Of a DNA stretch of 64,000 nucleotides, positions 48,263-57,426 are shown one piece after another. Within the stretch, counting starts at the first letter, position 1; every line of letters begins with the position of its first letter. The stretch is taken from NCBI GenBank assembly GCA_964621445.1, contig CAZUNO010000001.1, positions 136,496-200,495 of the forward strand, in the 5' to 3' direction. Below the pieces are notes generated by a model that was not told the DNA's origin, made no database searches, and worked only from the letters and a program-made list of their open reading frames with translations. The position numbers and the translations under genes are program-made. This DNA is from Candidatus Hadarchaeota archaeon. Its GTDB lineage: Archaea; CAYQAE01; CAYVLA01.

Positions 48263-49531
48263 TTGCTATTGGTGACTAGTCGAATATCAGGTTTCTATAA
48301 GCTATCAATGGAGGACAGACGTGCAAAGGTGGCCGAATTAGCTGGGTTGGATGAGGATTCCCTTGAGGCCATAAGTGAGGTGGGAAGTCTGGGCTCGTCC
48401 CAGGCCGACAAGATGATCGAAAACGTCGTGGGAACCACCGAACTACCCTTGGGTATAGCCACAAATTTCGTGGTAAATGGCAGGGAGGTCCTGGTGCCCA
48501 TGGCCATAGAGGAACCGTCGGTGGTGGCAGCAGCAAGTAATGCTGCCAAGATAGCCAGGGCCGCCCACGGGTTCAAGGCTGAAGGGGGGGAACCGGTTAT
48601 GATAGGCCAGATCCAGGTTTGTGGAGTTGCCGATCCCCATGCCCAGGCCGTATCCTTGATCCAGCATAAGAAAGAGATAATTGACATGGCTAATGAGCAG
48701 GATCCGGTCCTGGTTAAGGTTGGGGGAGGTGCAAGGGACCTGAAATGCAGGGTGGTGGACACGCCTAGGGGAGAGATGCTCATCGTTCACCTACTGGTTG
48801 ACACTCGTGATGCCATGGGCGCCAATGCGGTTAATACCATGGCCGAGGCAGTTGCTCCTTATATAGAGGAGATAACCGGCGGCAAGGTCTACCTTAGAAT
48901 CATAAGTAATCTGGCAACGGAGAGAATTGTCCGAGCTTCAGCCGTATTCCCCAAGGGTGAGCTGGGGGGAGAGGAGGTCGTTGAGGGCATATTGCAGGCA
49001 TATGCATTTGCCTATGGGGACCCTTACCGTGCTGCTACTCACAACAAGGGCATAATGAATGGAATAATTGCCGTTGCCAACGCGACCATGAACGACACGA
49101 GGGCTTTGGAGGCCGGAGCTCACGCCTACGCATCGATGACTGGAACCTACCGTCCTCTCACATGCTGGGAAAGGAACTCAGATGGTGATCTATCTGGGAG
49201 CATCGAGATCCCCCTGGCCGTTGGTCTCATGGCTGCCACGGCGGTGCACCCGGTGGCCAAGGCCGCTATTTCAATACTTGGGGTTGAGAGTTCTCAGGAT
49301 CTATCCCGGGTGTTGGCCTCGGTTGGCTTGGCCCAGAACCTGGCCGCGTTGAGGGCCCTGGCAACGGAGGGCATCCAGAAGGGTCACATGGCATTGCATG
49401 CTCGTAACGTGGCCATTCTCGCCGGGGCTAAGAAGGGGGAGATAGATGAGCTAGCCGATGCCCTGGCTTCCGAGGGAAAGGTTAGGTTGGACCTGGCCAA
49501 GCAGATTCTTGATGAGATGAGATCGGACTGA
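48263..49531 (+). CDS. mvaA: Class II HMG-CoA reductase
   Basis: ENVVG, EEPSVVAA, DAMGAN, THNKGIMNG and EGIQKGHM.LH. Confidence 0.94.
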   Translation: MLLVTSRISGFYKLSMEDRRAKVAELAGLDEDSLEAISEVGSLGSSQADKMIENVVGTTELPLGIATNFVVNGREVLVPMAIEEPSVVAAASNAAKIARAAHGFKAEGGEPVMIGQIQVCGVADPHAQAVSLIQHKKEIIDMANEQDPVLVKVGGGARDLKCRVVDTPRGEMLIVHLLVDTRDAMGANAVNTMAEAVAPYIEEITGGKVYLRIISNLATERIVRASAVFPKGELGGEEVVEGILQAYAFAYGDPYRAATHNKGIMNGIIAVANATMNDTRALEAGAHAYASMTGTYRPLTCWERNSDGDLSGSIEIPLAVGLMAATAVHPVAKAAISILGVESSQDLSRVLASVGLAQNLAALRALATEGIQKGHMALHARNVAILAGAKKGEIDELADALASEGKVRLDLAKQILDEMRSD

Positions 49532-49599
49532 GTTGGTCGTCCGGTCTAAATCCCAATAGATTTATTATTTAATATCAGGAGTTTAGGACTTGTTCGCAA

Positions 49600-49890
49600 A
49601 TGGACCTGCTAACCGATAATTTCATCTGGCTGGTTGAGTCGTTTTCCGACCTATTGCTCTGGGCCGGTAGACGTTTCTTCAGCGCCATAACCTGGATCCT
49701 GGACCGGACTAGCGCGTTGATAGTGGGCGGGCTTCGCCTTACCTCCCGGTTATTGGAGTGGTCCATCGAGAATCCATGGCAGGCGGCCCTAAATGTGGCA
49801 ATAGCCATTGGAATAGTTCTACTTATTCTCTCCATCGAGATCTACATATACGACCTTCTCAAGAGACGGAGTAGCCGGTCGGGGGAGTGA
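49600..49890 (+). CDS. Small membrane protein with amphipathic N-terminus and C-terminal TM
   Basis: 96-aa ORF after an AT-rich TATA region; TM segment followed by the basic tail KRR. Confidence 0.6.
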   Translation: MDLLTDNFIWLVESFSDLLLWAGRRFFSAITWILDRTSALIVGGLRLTSRLLEWSIENPWQAALNVAIAIGIVLLILSIEIYIYDLLKRRSSRSGE

Positions 49891-49896
49891 GGCGGA

Positions 49897-52014
49897 TTAC
49901 TCCGCCTCTGCCGCGACCTTCTTAACAAATTCCACGGTCTCGGACTTGAATTCCTCGTATGCGTTCTTGAACTGGGTGGTGGTCTTTATCACTGAGCCGA
50001 AGTTGGGCCAGTCCTCGGGCATCATTCCCCCATCGCCGAAGCCGGGCTCGATACCCGCTTCCTTGAGCTGTTCGTACAGCCATGGGTTCATCTCGTATGC
50101 CTTCTTGAAGTCCTCCAGTTTCAAAAGACGATCTGCTATCTCCGGGTCATGATCCATCAGCACGGCATCCTCGAAATCTTGGAGCTCAAGGTCCTCCTCC
50201 CTGTAGGCCTCCAGCACGTTAAACTGGTGGTTGGGGAATTCGGTGTTGGTCATTCCCCTGCTGGCCATGGTCAGATAGGTGTCCATCGGTTTCCTCTTGG
50301 AGGCTGGGAGCATGTCGATCTTTCCCATTACCTCTTCGGCCTCCGATGGGGTAATCCCGAACTTGCTCTGGAGATAGGCCAACCACTTGGGCCGGTTCTC
50401 CTCGCTGAAAAAGGTCCAGTATACCCGCTGACAAACCAGGGTTCCTGACATGCCTATATCCTTTTCCAGATCTCCAATGTATTTCGCAGTTTCCTCCGGG
50501 TTACCGAAGGCCCCAGATTTCTGTATGCCCTTCAGGAAGGCTTCCTTCTCCAGGGACTTAAGGCCATAGTTATAGGAGCAAATTGCGGAGATCTTGTCCT
50601 CGGTGCTCTGTAGGGATTCCTCTATACCCATTCCCTCAGCTATTTCATCGAGGAATTCGTCCTCGTCCTCCACCTCGGTCAATGCCTTTCTCAGAATTCT
50701 CTCCGATTCTAGGTCCCGGAGATGGCTCTCCAATCTTCCACCCATGTTGGTCTCGTAAGCCTGGGTTATGGGTATTCCCGCCTTGAGGGCTTTGGCCATT
50801 CCCGTGATGGCCCGAATAATCAGGGATGCTTCCTGCACCACACTGTAGGTGACGGTGTTGTTGGTGCCTATTCCCAGGCCGTCGAGGGTCGTGGTGATGT
50901 CCAGGGATGCCGGGGAGCTAGCTGCTACCTTAAATACGATGTTCGGCCTGGACCTTTCCATCATCTCTGAATATGCCCATACTAGGTTCTTATCGTACTC
51001 CCTCAGGTAATTGGTGGCTGCGGAGTATATCTTTAGGGCATCCTCGACGCTGCCTTGATAGCTGTCTGCAACGTTGGGGTTAAGCTGGTAGCTCACCATT
51101 CCATGCTGCCTGTTTGTTGATAGGAAAAGGGGCCTGAAGACCTCTAGGTTTGGCCAGAGTGCTACCTGGGTTGCTTCCATTGCGATTTCGTCCCCGTAAT
51201 CCTCCGGAGATTCATGCCAGCGTTCGTTCTCAAGTACCACTTGTTTGAATTCGTTCCAAAGCTCGGGAATATCGACATATGCCTTGGCCGCCAGCACTGG
51301 GTTGGTTGAAACCTGTACGTATCCCAGGTGCCTGAGCCATCTCAAACCCATGGCATAGTCATTTCCAAGCTTGCAAAGCCCCTGATAGGTCATCTGGTAG
51401 TAGACGTTGTTCTTTAGGGCATTACTGGTGGCCTCAAGGTAGGTGCTGACCGGGGATTCCTCATCTATCTGAGGATCTATTTCCTCTGCTATCTTGGCCA
51501 TCATTCCGTCGCCGGCCATTATCTTCTTCATGTCGACGAGCATCTTTCTCGCCACGGCCATGCCCACCGGGGCCTCTCCGTCGAAGTTCTCGCACTCGAG
51601 TTCGGTCCACCTATCCAGTATCTCCAACACTCTCTGGTAGGCGTCCTCGCACTCCGCTTCAGAAAGCCCTATCAGTTTCGGTTCCATTCCCGTAAGGTTT
51701 AGTCCTATCTCGGTCATGACCTCATATGCCCTTGCCCGGGCCAGGATCTTCTCCTTGAATTCCTCGTCCGTGTCTTCGGGACAGGTGGCTGTCCACCTGA
51801 GCTGAAGGTTCAGCTGTCTAGTGACATTTCCGATGGTTTCCAGGAGATTTCCCTTCATCTCGGGGTGAAGCAGATGGTCTGCTGCCACGCCCGTGTTCCC
51901 TTCGAGGGCCAAAAGCACTACATGTTCGGCATGATCGAGGCTCTCGGGCTCCGAGAGCTCCTCCGGTTTGGTATTCAGAACGATATCATTAATGTCCTGT
52001 TTCATCCGGTTCAC
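49897..52014 (-). CDS. Large transaldolase-family protein (705 aa)
   Basis: STNPV, VSYQLNP, NIVFKVAA (Schiff-base Lys), GTNNTV.YS, GGRL and ASKRK motifs of the Tal/FSA fold. Confidence 0.8.
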   Translation of the reverse strand: MNRMKQDINDIVLNTKPEELSEPESLDHAEHVVLLALEGNTGVAADHLLHPEMKGNLLETIGNVTRQLNLQLRWTATCPEDTDEEFKEKILARARAYEVMTEIGLNLTGMEPKLIGLSEAECEDAYQRVLEILDRWTELECENFDGEAPVGMAVARKMLVDMKKIMAGDGMMAKIAEEIDPQIDEESPVSTYLEATSNALKNNVYYQMTYQGLCKLGNDYAMGLRWLRHLGYVQVSTNPVLAAKAYVDIPELWNEFKQVVLENERWHESPEDYGDEIAMEATQVALWPNLEVFRPLFLSTNRQHGMVSYQLNPNVADSYQGSVEDALKIYSAATNYLREYDKNLVWAYSEMMERSRPNIVFKVAASSPASLDITTTLDGLGIGTNNTVTYSVVQEASLIIRAITGMAKALKAGIPITQAYETNMGGRLESHLRDLESERILRKALTEVEDEDEFLDEIAEGMGIEESLQSTEDKISAICSYNYGLKSLEKEAFLKGIQKSGAFGNPEETAKYIGDLEKDIGMSGTLVCQRVYWTFFSEENRPKWLAYLQSKFGITPSEAEEVMGKIDMLPASKRKPMDTYLTMASRGMTNTEFPNHQFNVLEAYREEDLELQDFEDAVLMDHDPEIADRLLKLEDFKKAYEMNPWLYEQLKEAGIEPGFGDGGMMPEDWPNFGSVIKTTTQFKNAYEEFKSETVEFVKKVAAEAE

Positions 52015-52179
52015 TGCCTCAGAGAGAGTTAAATGAGAAGCTCAAAAATATATCCCACTGATGGGCCTCAGATGGGCGTCTGAGGGGGACCTGAATGAAT
52101 GAAAGTAGAACCTCATGGGGTCATTTCCCTACCAATCTGCTTTCCTGAGGTTTTTCCCTGCTAAGGGGAGGATGTAGTT

Positions 52180-53019
52180 TTGAAGATACACATTGCCGCC
52201 TGCCAAATCAATACATATCCGGATCTAGAGAGGAGTTCAAGCAAGATAATTGACTGGATCAAGAGGGCATCCGAGGAAGAGATCGATGTCATAGCCTTTC
52301 CGGAGGCCGCGACATGTGGGTATACCTCCGAGCCATCCTACTGGGAGAAGGCCAAGCCCGGAGATTTTGAATCCGCAGAAGAGGTCATAATCGATGCTGC
52401 ACGTGAAAATGAGATTGGGGTGATTCTGGGAACCGCTAACAGGGAGGGGGAGAAGTGGTTCAATAGCATCCTGGCCATAGGTAAAGGGGGAGAGGTCAAA
52501 GGTCGGTATTCCAAGACCCACCTGGCCGAGTCCTGGTCCTCACCCGGAAAGATACTGCCGATATACGAAATATCCGGAGTAAAATCCTGCTTTCTGGTAT
52601 GCCACGACATAAGATACCCGGAACTAGTGAGACTGCCGGCCATACTTGGAGCGCGAATCTGTTATTTCTGCAGCAATGAGAGCGGTCTTTTTTCCGAACA
52701 CAAGCTAAGCGCCTACAGGGCCATGCCCATAGCTCGAGCCACCGAGAACGGCATATTCCTGGTAATGGCCAATGCCCCTGCTAATCCCGATGATATTCGG
52801 GGGAGTTCACAGTCCCACGGGAATAGTAAGATCATTCATCCTAACGGGAATGTATTGAACGAGGCTGGCTACTTCGAGGAGAGACTGGTCACCCAGCTGA
52901 TAGATGTCGATGACGCCGGCAGAGGACCGGCAAAGAGATCCGTGGATGACGAGACCATACTCAGGGAATGGATGAGGAATGGACTGGATCTAGTTGAGGT
53001 CAGGGAGAGTGAGGGCTAG
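52180..53019 (+). CDS. Carbon-nitrogen hydrolase (nitrilase superfamily)
   Basis: Glu-Lys-Cys triad in FPE, YSKTHL and VCHDIRYPE; ARATEN. Confidence 0.9.
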   Translation: MKIHIAACQINTYPDLERSSSKIIDWIKRASEEEIDVIAFPEAATCGYTSEPSYWEKAKPGDFESAEEVIIDAARENEIGVILGTANREGEKWFNSILAIGKGGEVKGRYSKTHLAESWSSPGKILPIYEISGVKSCFLVCHDIRYPELVRLPAILGARICYFCSNESGLFSEHKLSAYRAMPIARATENGIFLVMANAPANPDDIRGSSQSHGNSKIIHPNGNVLNEAGYFEERLVTQLIDVDDAGRGPAKRSVDDETILREWMRNGLDLVEVRESEG

Positions 53020-53082
53020 CGGAGCTCCTGCCGGATGATTAGGGAGTGTTATAAGCGACATCAACTATAAATCACCGAGGAA

Positions 53083-53670
53083 ATGGATATCAATCTGGAT
53101 GAGAGGTTCAAGCCACATCCAAACCTCAAGAAGGTTTACAGAACCTATACTGCAATGGTGCTGCTAATCCCGGCTTTGGTCACGGTGATCGCCTTTGCTG
53201 CCGGGGGATTTCCGGTGGCAGCCCTGGCTTCTTCGGTGGTCTGGGCGGTATTCCTGGTTCCCGCCATATTTGCCCTTTACTGGATAAACAGGTTTTTTGA
53301 TACAGTTTTCTTCAAGCTGACCGATAGTGAGGTGGTTGTTGAGAAGGGGGTATGGTTCAAGCAGGTCCAGAACGTGCCCTATAAACAGATAACCAACGTC
53401 ACCATCAAACAGGGGCCCATCTACAGGCACTTCGGCCTTGGGAAGGTCGAAATCCAGACTGCTGGGCACTCCGCAAACCAATCTGGGCCCGAGGCCTCGA
53501 TATTCGGAGTACGGGATTTCAAGGGAGTAAGAGACCAGTTAATTGAGATAATCAGAGAGGAGAAGGCATCTCCCGTATCGATGCGTTCGGGGGACGATGA
53601 GGTTGGGTTCAGCCCACAGATACTGGAGGAACTCAGGAGTATAAGGGATCTATTGGAACGCAATCTCTAG
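53083..53670 (+). CDS. Membrane protein with bacterial PH (bPH_2/YdbS-like) domain
   Basis: Two TM segments then KGVWF...VPY.QI..V...QGP..R.FGLG...IQTAG. Confidence 0.85.
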   Translation: MDINLDERFKPHPNLKKVYRTYTAMVLLIPALVTVIAFAAGGFPVAALASSVVWAVFLVPAIFALYWINRFFDTVFFKLTDSEVVVEKGVWFKQVQNVPYKQITNVTIKQGPIYRHFGLGKVEIQTAGHSANQSGPEASIFGVRDFKGVRDQLIEIIREEKASPVSMRSGDDEVGFSPQILEELRSIRDLLERNL

Positions 53671-53683
53671 CTGCGGATTAGGG

Positions 53684-55375
53684 TTAGTTCTCGGCGAATA
53701 GTTCGATGCCCTTGACATCTGCGAAAAGGTAACCATAGGGCATATTCAGGGGTCGCATGCTCAATTTGCTCTCGCCCTCGGGAATCTCCAGCTCACCTAT
53801 ATCCTGAAACTCGAAGTCCTCGAATGACTCGGTGCCCTTGACAACTCCCTCCAATCTATTCTCTCCACACTCGATCCTGAACCGGGAGCCTGAGTAGATC
53901 ATTGGACATGAAAGTTCAACCCTTACTTGACAATACACTCTTTCCTGAGCATTGAGGGACCAGATGGCCCTTTGTTCCAGAGCACTCCAGGAGGTTATGC
54001 ATTGGCCTGCCTCCGTTTCCCTTAATCTGAGGGTTTTCCCCTTTACCCCTCGTCCCAGAAGCCGGGCATCCCGGGCCGGAAGCTTTTTGGTGGTCCCTGG
54101 TTCCACAACGTGGACTTCTGCCTTTTCCGGTTTATCCTCCTCCTCTGAAATACTGGGCCTTCTTTGGAAATTCAGGGAAACGACCCAAGGTCCCGTGCTT
54201 GGAGGTGATGGGGGTAGGCCCCATATTTCAAGTCCTTCCGGCGAGGAATTAACCTCTAGGCTTACCGATTCTCCCAGAAAACGGGCCTCCTCAGGTCTTG
54301 TCCTAATATGGGGAACCTTTAGACAATCCGTGGGGGGCCAGCTCATCAGGTGGATGAAAACCTTACTCTTTTTCCTGGTGGCCAACAATTGGTTGGAATT
54401 ATTGGTTAATTTCAGGCCACTTGTTCGATATATGGATTCTCCATTTCTTTTAAGCCAGAGACCTATCTCCCTCATTCGCTTAGCGTGTTCGCTTGGTATG
54501 GTTCCGTCAGGTTTAGGTCCTACGTTTAGAAGGTAATTACCTCCCGCACATGCCATGCGTACCAGGGAATGGAGTAGGTACTGAGTACTGTATAGAGGGG
54601 TGTTCTCCACATACCCCCAGTGGATCTTTTGGACCGATTGACATGATTCGAACAGATATCCGGTAAGGTCATCGGGAAGGCTTCGCTCCGGGGTGAAGAA
54701 ATCACCAAAGCGCGCCCGATCATTGACCACCGCGTGGGGCTGATGCCTCTTGATCATTCTGTAGAGCTTCTCCCCACGCCATTCCACCCTGCTCTTATGC
54801 GAACCATCGAACCAAATACCATCGATCTTGCCGTAATTGGTCACTAGCTCCTTTACTTGCCCCTCTATATAGTCCTGAAAGAGCGGCCAATCCGGGTCCT
54901 GGTCAGGGGGCGGGTTTTGAAGGTCCTTGAATGCCCCCTTACGGTGGAGGTAATTCGGATGGTGCCAGTCAGGTTGCGAGTAATAGAGTATGATGGGCAT
55001 ACCTGACCTCTGACATGCGTCGATCACCTCCCCAACCAGGTCCCTTTCAAATGGGGTGTTGGTTATCTTGAAATCGGTCAGTTGGCTGTCAAACATACAG
55101 AAGCCATCGTGGTGCTTGGCCGAGAGGTTGATGTATCTGGCCCCAGCCTCCTGGGCCAGGGAAACCCATTCCTGTGCATCAAACCTCCGAGGGTTGAAGG
55201 TTTGTGAGAGTTTCTCGTATTCATGTCTGGGTATGTCCTCCTCGTACATTACCCATTCTCCCAGCCCGAGCTGCGAATAGATGCCAAAATGGATGAACAT
55301 GCCGAATCTGGCTTGACCAAACCACCTGATTTTGGGATCCAACCTGCTTTTTTTGGATACTATGGGCATCTTCAT
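53684..55375 (-). CDS. Alpha-L-fucosidase (GH29) with C-terminal beta-sandwich
   Basis: WF..ARFGMFIHFG, AKHHDGF.M, YYS..DW, IWFDG, VNDR, TPE and LLNVGP; no signal peptide. Confidence 0.92.
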   Translation of the reverse strand: MKMPIVSKKSRLDPKIRWFGQARFGMFIHFGIYSQLGLGEWVMYEEDIPRHEYEKLSQTFNPRRFDAQEWVSLAQEAGARYINLSAKHHDGFCMFDSQLTDFKITNTPFERDLVGEVIDACQRSGMPIILYYSQPDWHHPNYLHRKGAFKDLQNPPPDQDPDWPLFQDYIEGQVKELVTNYGKIDGIWFDGSHKSRVEWRGEKLYRMIKRHQPHAVVNDRARFGDFFTPERSLPDDLTGYLFESCQSVQKIHWGYVENTPLYSTQYLLHSLVRMACAGGNYLLNVGPKPDGTIPSEHAKRMREIGLWLKRNGESIYRTSGLKLTNNSNQLLATRKKSKVFIHLMSWPPTDCLKVPHIRTRPEEARFLGESVSLEVNSSPEGLEIWGLPPSPPSTGPWVVSLNFQRRPSISEEEDKPEKAEVHVVEPGTTKKLPARDARLLGRGVKGKTLRLRETEAGQCITSWSALEQRAIWSLNAQERVYCQVRVELSCPMIYSGSRFRIECGENRLEGVVKGTESFEDFEFQDIGELEIPEGESKLSMRPLNMPYGYLFADVKGIELFAEN

Positions 55376-55451
55376 CTACCTGCATCAGGTTCAGTGCCCG
55401 CCGGTAGGAAAATCTTCTCCTTAACTACTGGTGGATTCAGAAACCACTTTT

Positions 55452-56168
55452 CTATGATTCTAGGGAATCCAGCGTTGAGGGAATCTCCTCTAAACCCTTT
55501 ATCACGGGGCAGAAAAGTTGGTTGTACCTCCCCTCGCGATCGATAATTATGGGCTGGATCCCCATCTTCATAGCCCCCACGGCGTCGGATCCAACGCTAT
55601 CTCCAATGTGAACGGACTCATGGGCCCGACCATCAATTGAGGCCAATGCCGCTGCAAAGATCTCGGGGTCCGGTTTGCGGAACCCCAGCGCTCTAGAGGC
55701 CACAATGGTGTCAAAGAACTCGTGGATACCCAGGGTCTTGCAGAATCCAATCAGATCCGGATCCCAGTTGGATATTACTCCAATCTTAAGGCCGCGTTTG
55801 CTCAATTTCCTCAGAACGGGTACTGCGTTTTCATATGGCTGAATGGGATTGAATTGGCTCTTCAATAGGTCTTCCGCTATCTCCCTAGCCGGGGAGAGTC
55901 CCAGAATATGCAGAGTATTCTCTATCTTGGCTAGAAGCCTCCTGTTCAGATTTTCAACGCTTTGCTTGTAAGGAGTTAGGTGGGGAACCTGTTTGCGGGC
56001 ATTCTGGTATGCATCCAGCATTTCCTGACCCGAGATATCGTAATCCCATTTTCTCAATAGAATGGCAAATCCTACCTGGCGATCGATCTCTCTATGTACC
56101 AGGGTGTTTCCCATATCGAAGAAAACATTCTCGATGCGCATTGGGTTTGGGAAAGGAAGTCTACTCAC
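55452..56168 (-). CDS. HAD-superfamily IA hydrolase
   Basis: FDMGNT, ISNWD, KPDPEIF and HIGDS..SD. Confidence 0.88.
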   Translation of the reverse strand: MSRLPFPNPMRIENVFFDMGNTLVHREIDRQVGFAILLRKWDYDISGQEMLDAYQNARKQVPHLTPYKQSVENLNRRLLAKIENTLHILGLSPAREIAEDLLKSQFNPIQPYENAVPVLRKLSKRGLKIGVISNWDPDLIGFCKTLGIHEFFDTIVASRALGFRKPDPEIFAAALASIDGRAHESVHIGDSVGSDAVGAMKMGIQPIIIDREGRYNQLFCPVIKGLEEIPSTLDSLES

Positions 56169-56303
56169 AAATATTTCCTTCCCAGCATGATCCAGCCAGC
56201 CCGGAAATGAGAAATCACGTGTCCAGAGGGTAGTTGAGCTGGGGAATACTTATCAAATATATGGACTTCCCCCTAAAGGAACTGTAACCGAGGAGAACGG
56301 AGA

Positions 56304-57407
56304 ATGATTGAGAGGGAGGATATCAGTGAAACGCTAAGCGAATACGACGGCAATAATCTAACTTTGGGGGTGCTTTGTTCCCATTCGGCCCTCCAAATCT
56401 TCCACGGTTCAAAGCTCGAGGGCTTCAGAACCATGGGAGTTTGCCCTCAGAGAAGAAAGAAAGCCTACAGCGCCTTCGCCAGGGCAAAACCCGATGAATT
56501 TCTAATGGTGGATTGCTTCGCTGATATCCTGAAGGAGGAGAATCAGGAGATCTTGAGGGAAAAGAACACCATAATGCTGCCTCATGGATCTTTCGTGGAA
56601 TATGTGGGGTCGGATAATCTGCTGGAAAAGTTCAGGGTACCCATATTCGGAAATAGAAGGTCATTGAAATGGGAAGGGGAGAGAAGCAAGCAGAGGGAGT
56701 GGTTGAGTAAAGCCGGGCTAAGGCTTCCGAATCAGTATGGGGATCCCTCGGAGATTGACGGCAAATGCTTTGTCAAATTCAGCGGAGCAAAGGGAGGGCG
56801 GGGATTCTTCACCGCAAGCAGCGAAGAGGAGTTCAACCAAAAGCTAGAGGAGGAACTAGAAAAGGGAAACATAACCGATGAGGACGCGGAAAAAGTGACT
56901 ATCCAGGAGTTCATGTCTGGAATAAGGTACTATCCCCACTACTTCTTCTCACTTTTCGATTTAAGGGGAGCGCCAACTGCTGATGGCGCACTGGAAATTT
57001 TGGGAATGGATCGCAGGATAGAGCCCATTGATGAAAGTTACCGTGGGTTACCCAAAATACCACCTGCTTTCTTTAATTACACGGTGACCGGGAACCAACC
57101 CCTTGTCATCCGGGAAAAGCTCCTTGTTGATCTGTTGGAAATGGGCTCCAGGGTTGTAGAATCTTCCAAGGTGATATTCCCACCGGGGATCAATGGTCCA
57201 TTCTGTCTGGAGACGGTTTACCACCCCGATACCGGTTTCACAGTCTTTGAGATCTCTGGTAGGATCGTGGCGGGGACCAATCTCTTCCCTATGGGTTCTC
57301 CCTATTCAGATCTTTCCTTCGAAGAGCCAATGTCCACGGGCAGGAGGATGGCAAAAGAGATTAAGGATGCAATGGCCCAGGGTAAATTGGATAGGGTAAT
57401 CTACTAG
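56304..57407 (+). CDS. purP: PurP-family ATP-grasp formate--AICAR ligase
   Basis: SHSALQI, PHGSFVEY, GGRGFF, TGN.P.VIRE, GPFCLE and RIVAGTN. Confidence 0.88.
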   Translation: MIEREDISETLSEYDGNNLTLGVLCSHSALQIFHGSKLEGFRTMGVCPQRRKKAYSAFARAKPDEFLMVDCFADILKEENQEILREKNTIMLPHGSFVEYVGSDNLLEKFRVPIFGNRRSLKWEGERSKQREWLSKAGLRLPNQYGDPSEIDGKCFVKFSGAKGGRGFFTASSEEEFNQKLEEELEKGNITDEDAEKVTIQEFMSGIRYYPHYFFSLFDLRGAPTADGALEILGMDRRIEPIDESYRGLPKIPPAFFNYTVTGNQPLVIREKLLVDLLEMGSRVVESSKVIFPPGINGPFCLETVYHPDTGFTVFEISGRIVAGTNLFPMGSPYSDLSFEEPMSTGRRMAKEIKDAMAQGKLDRVIY

Positions 57408-57426
57408 TTAAAAGAGGGAGTAAGAG

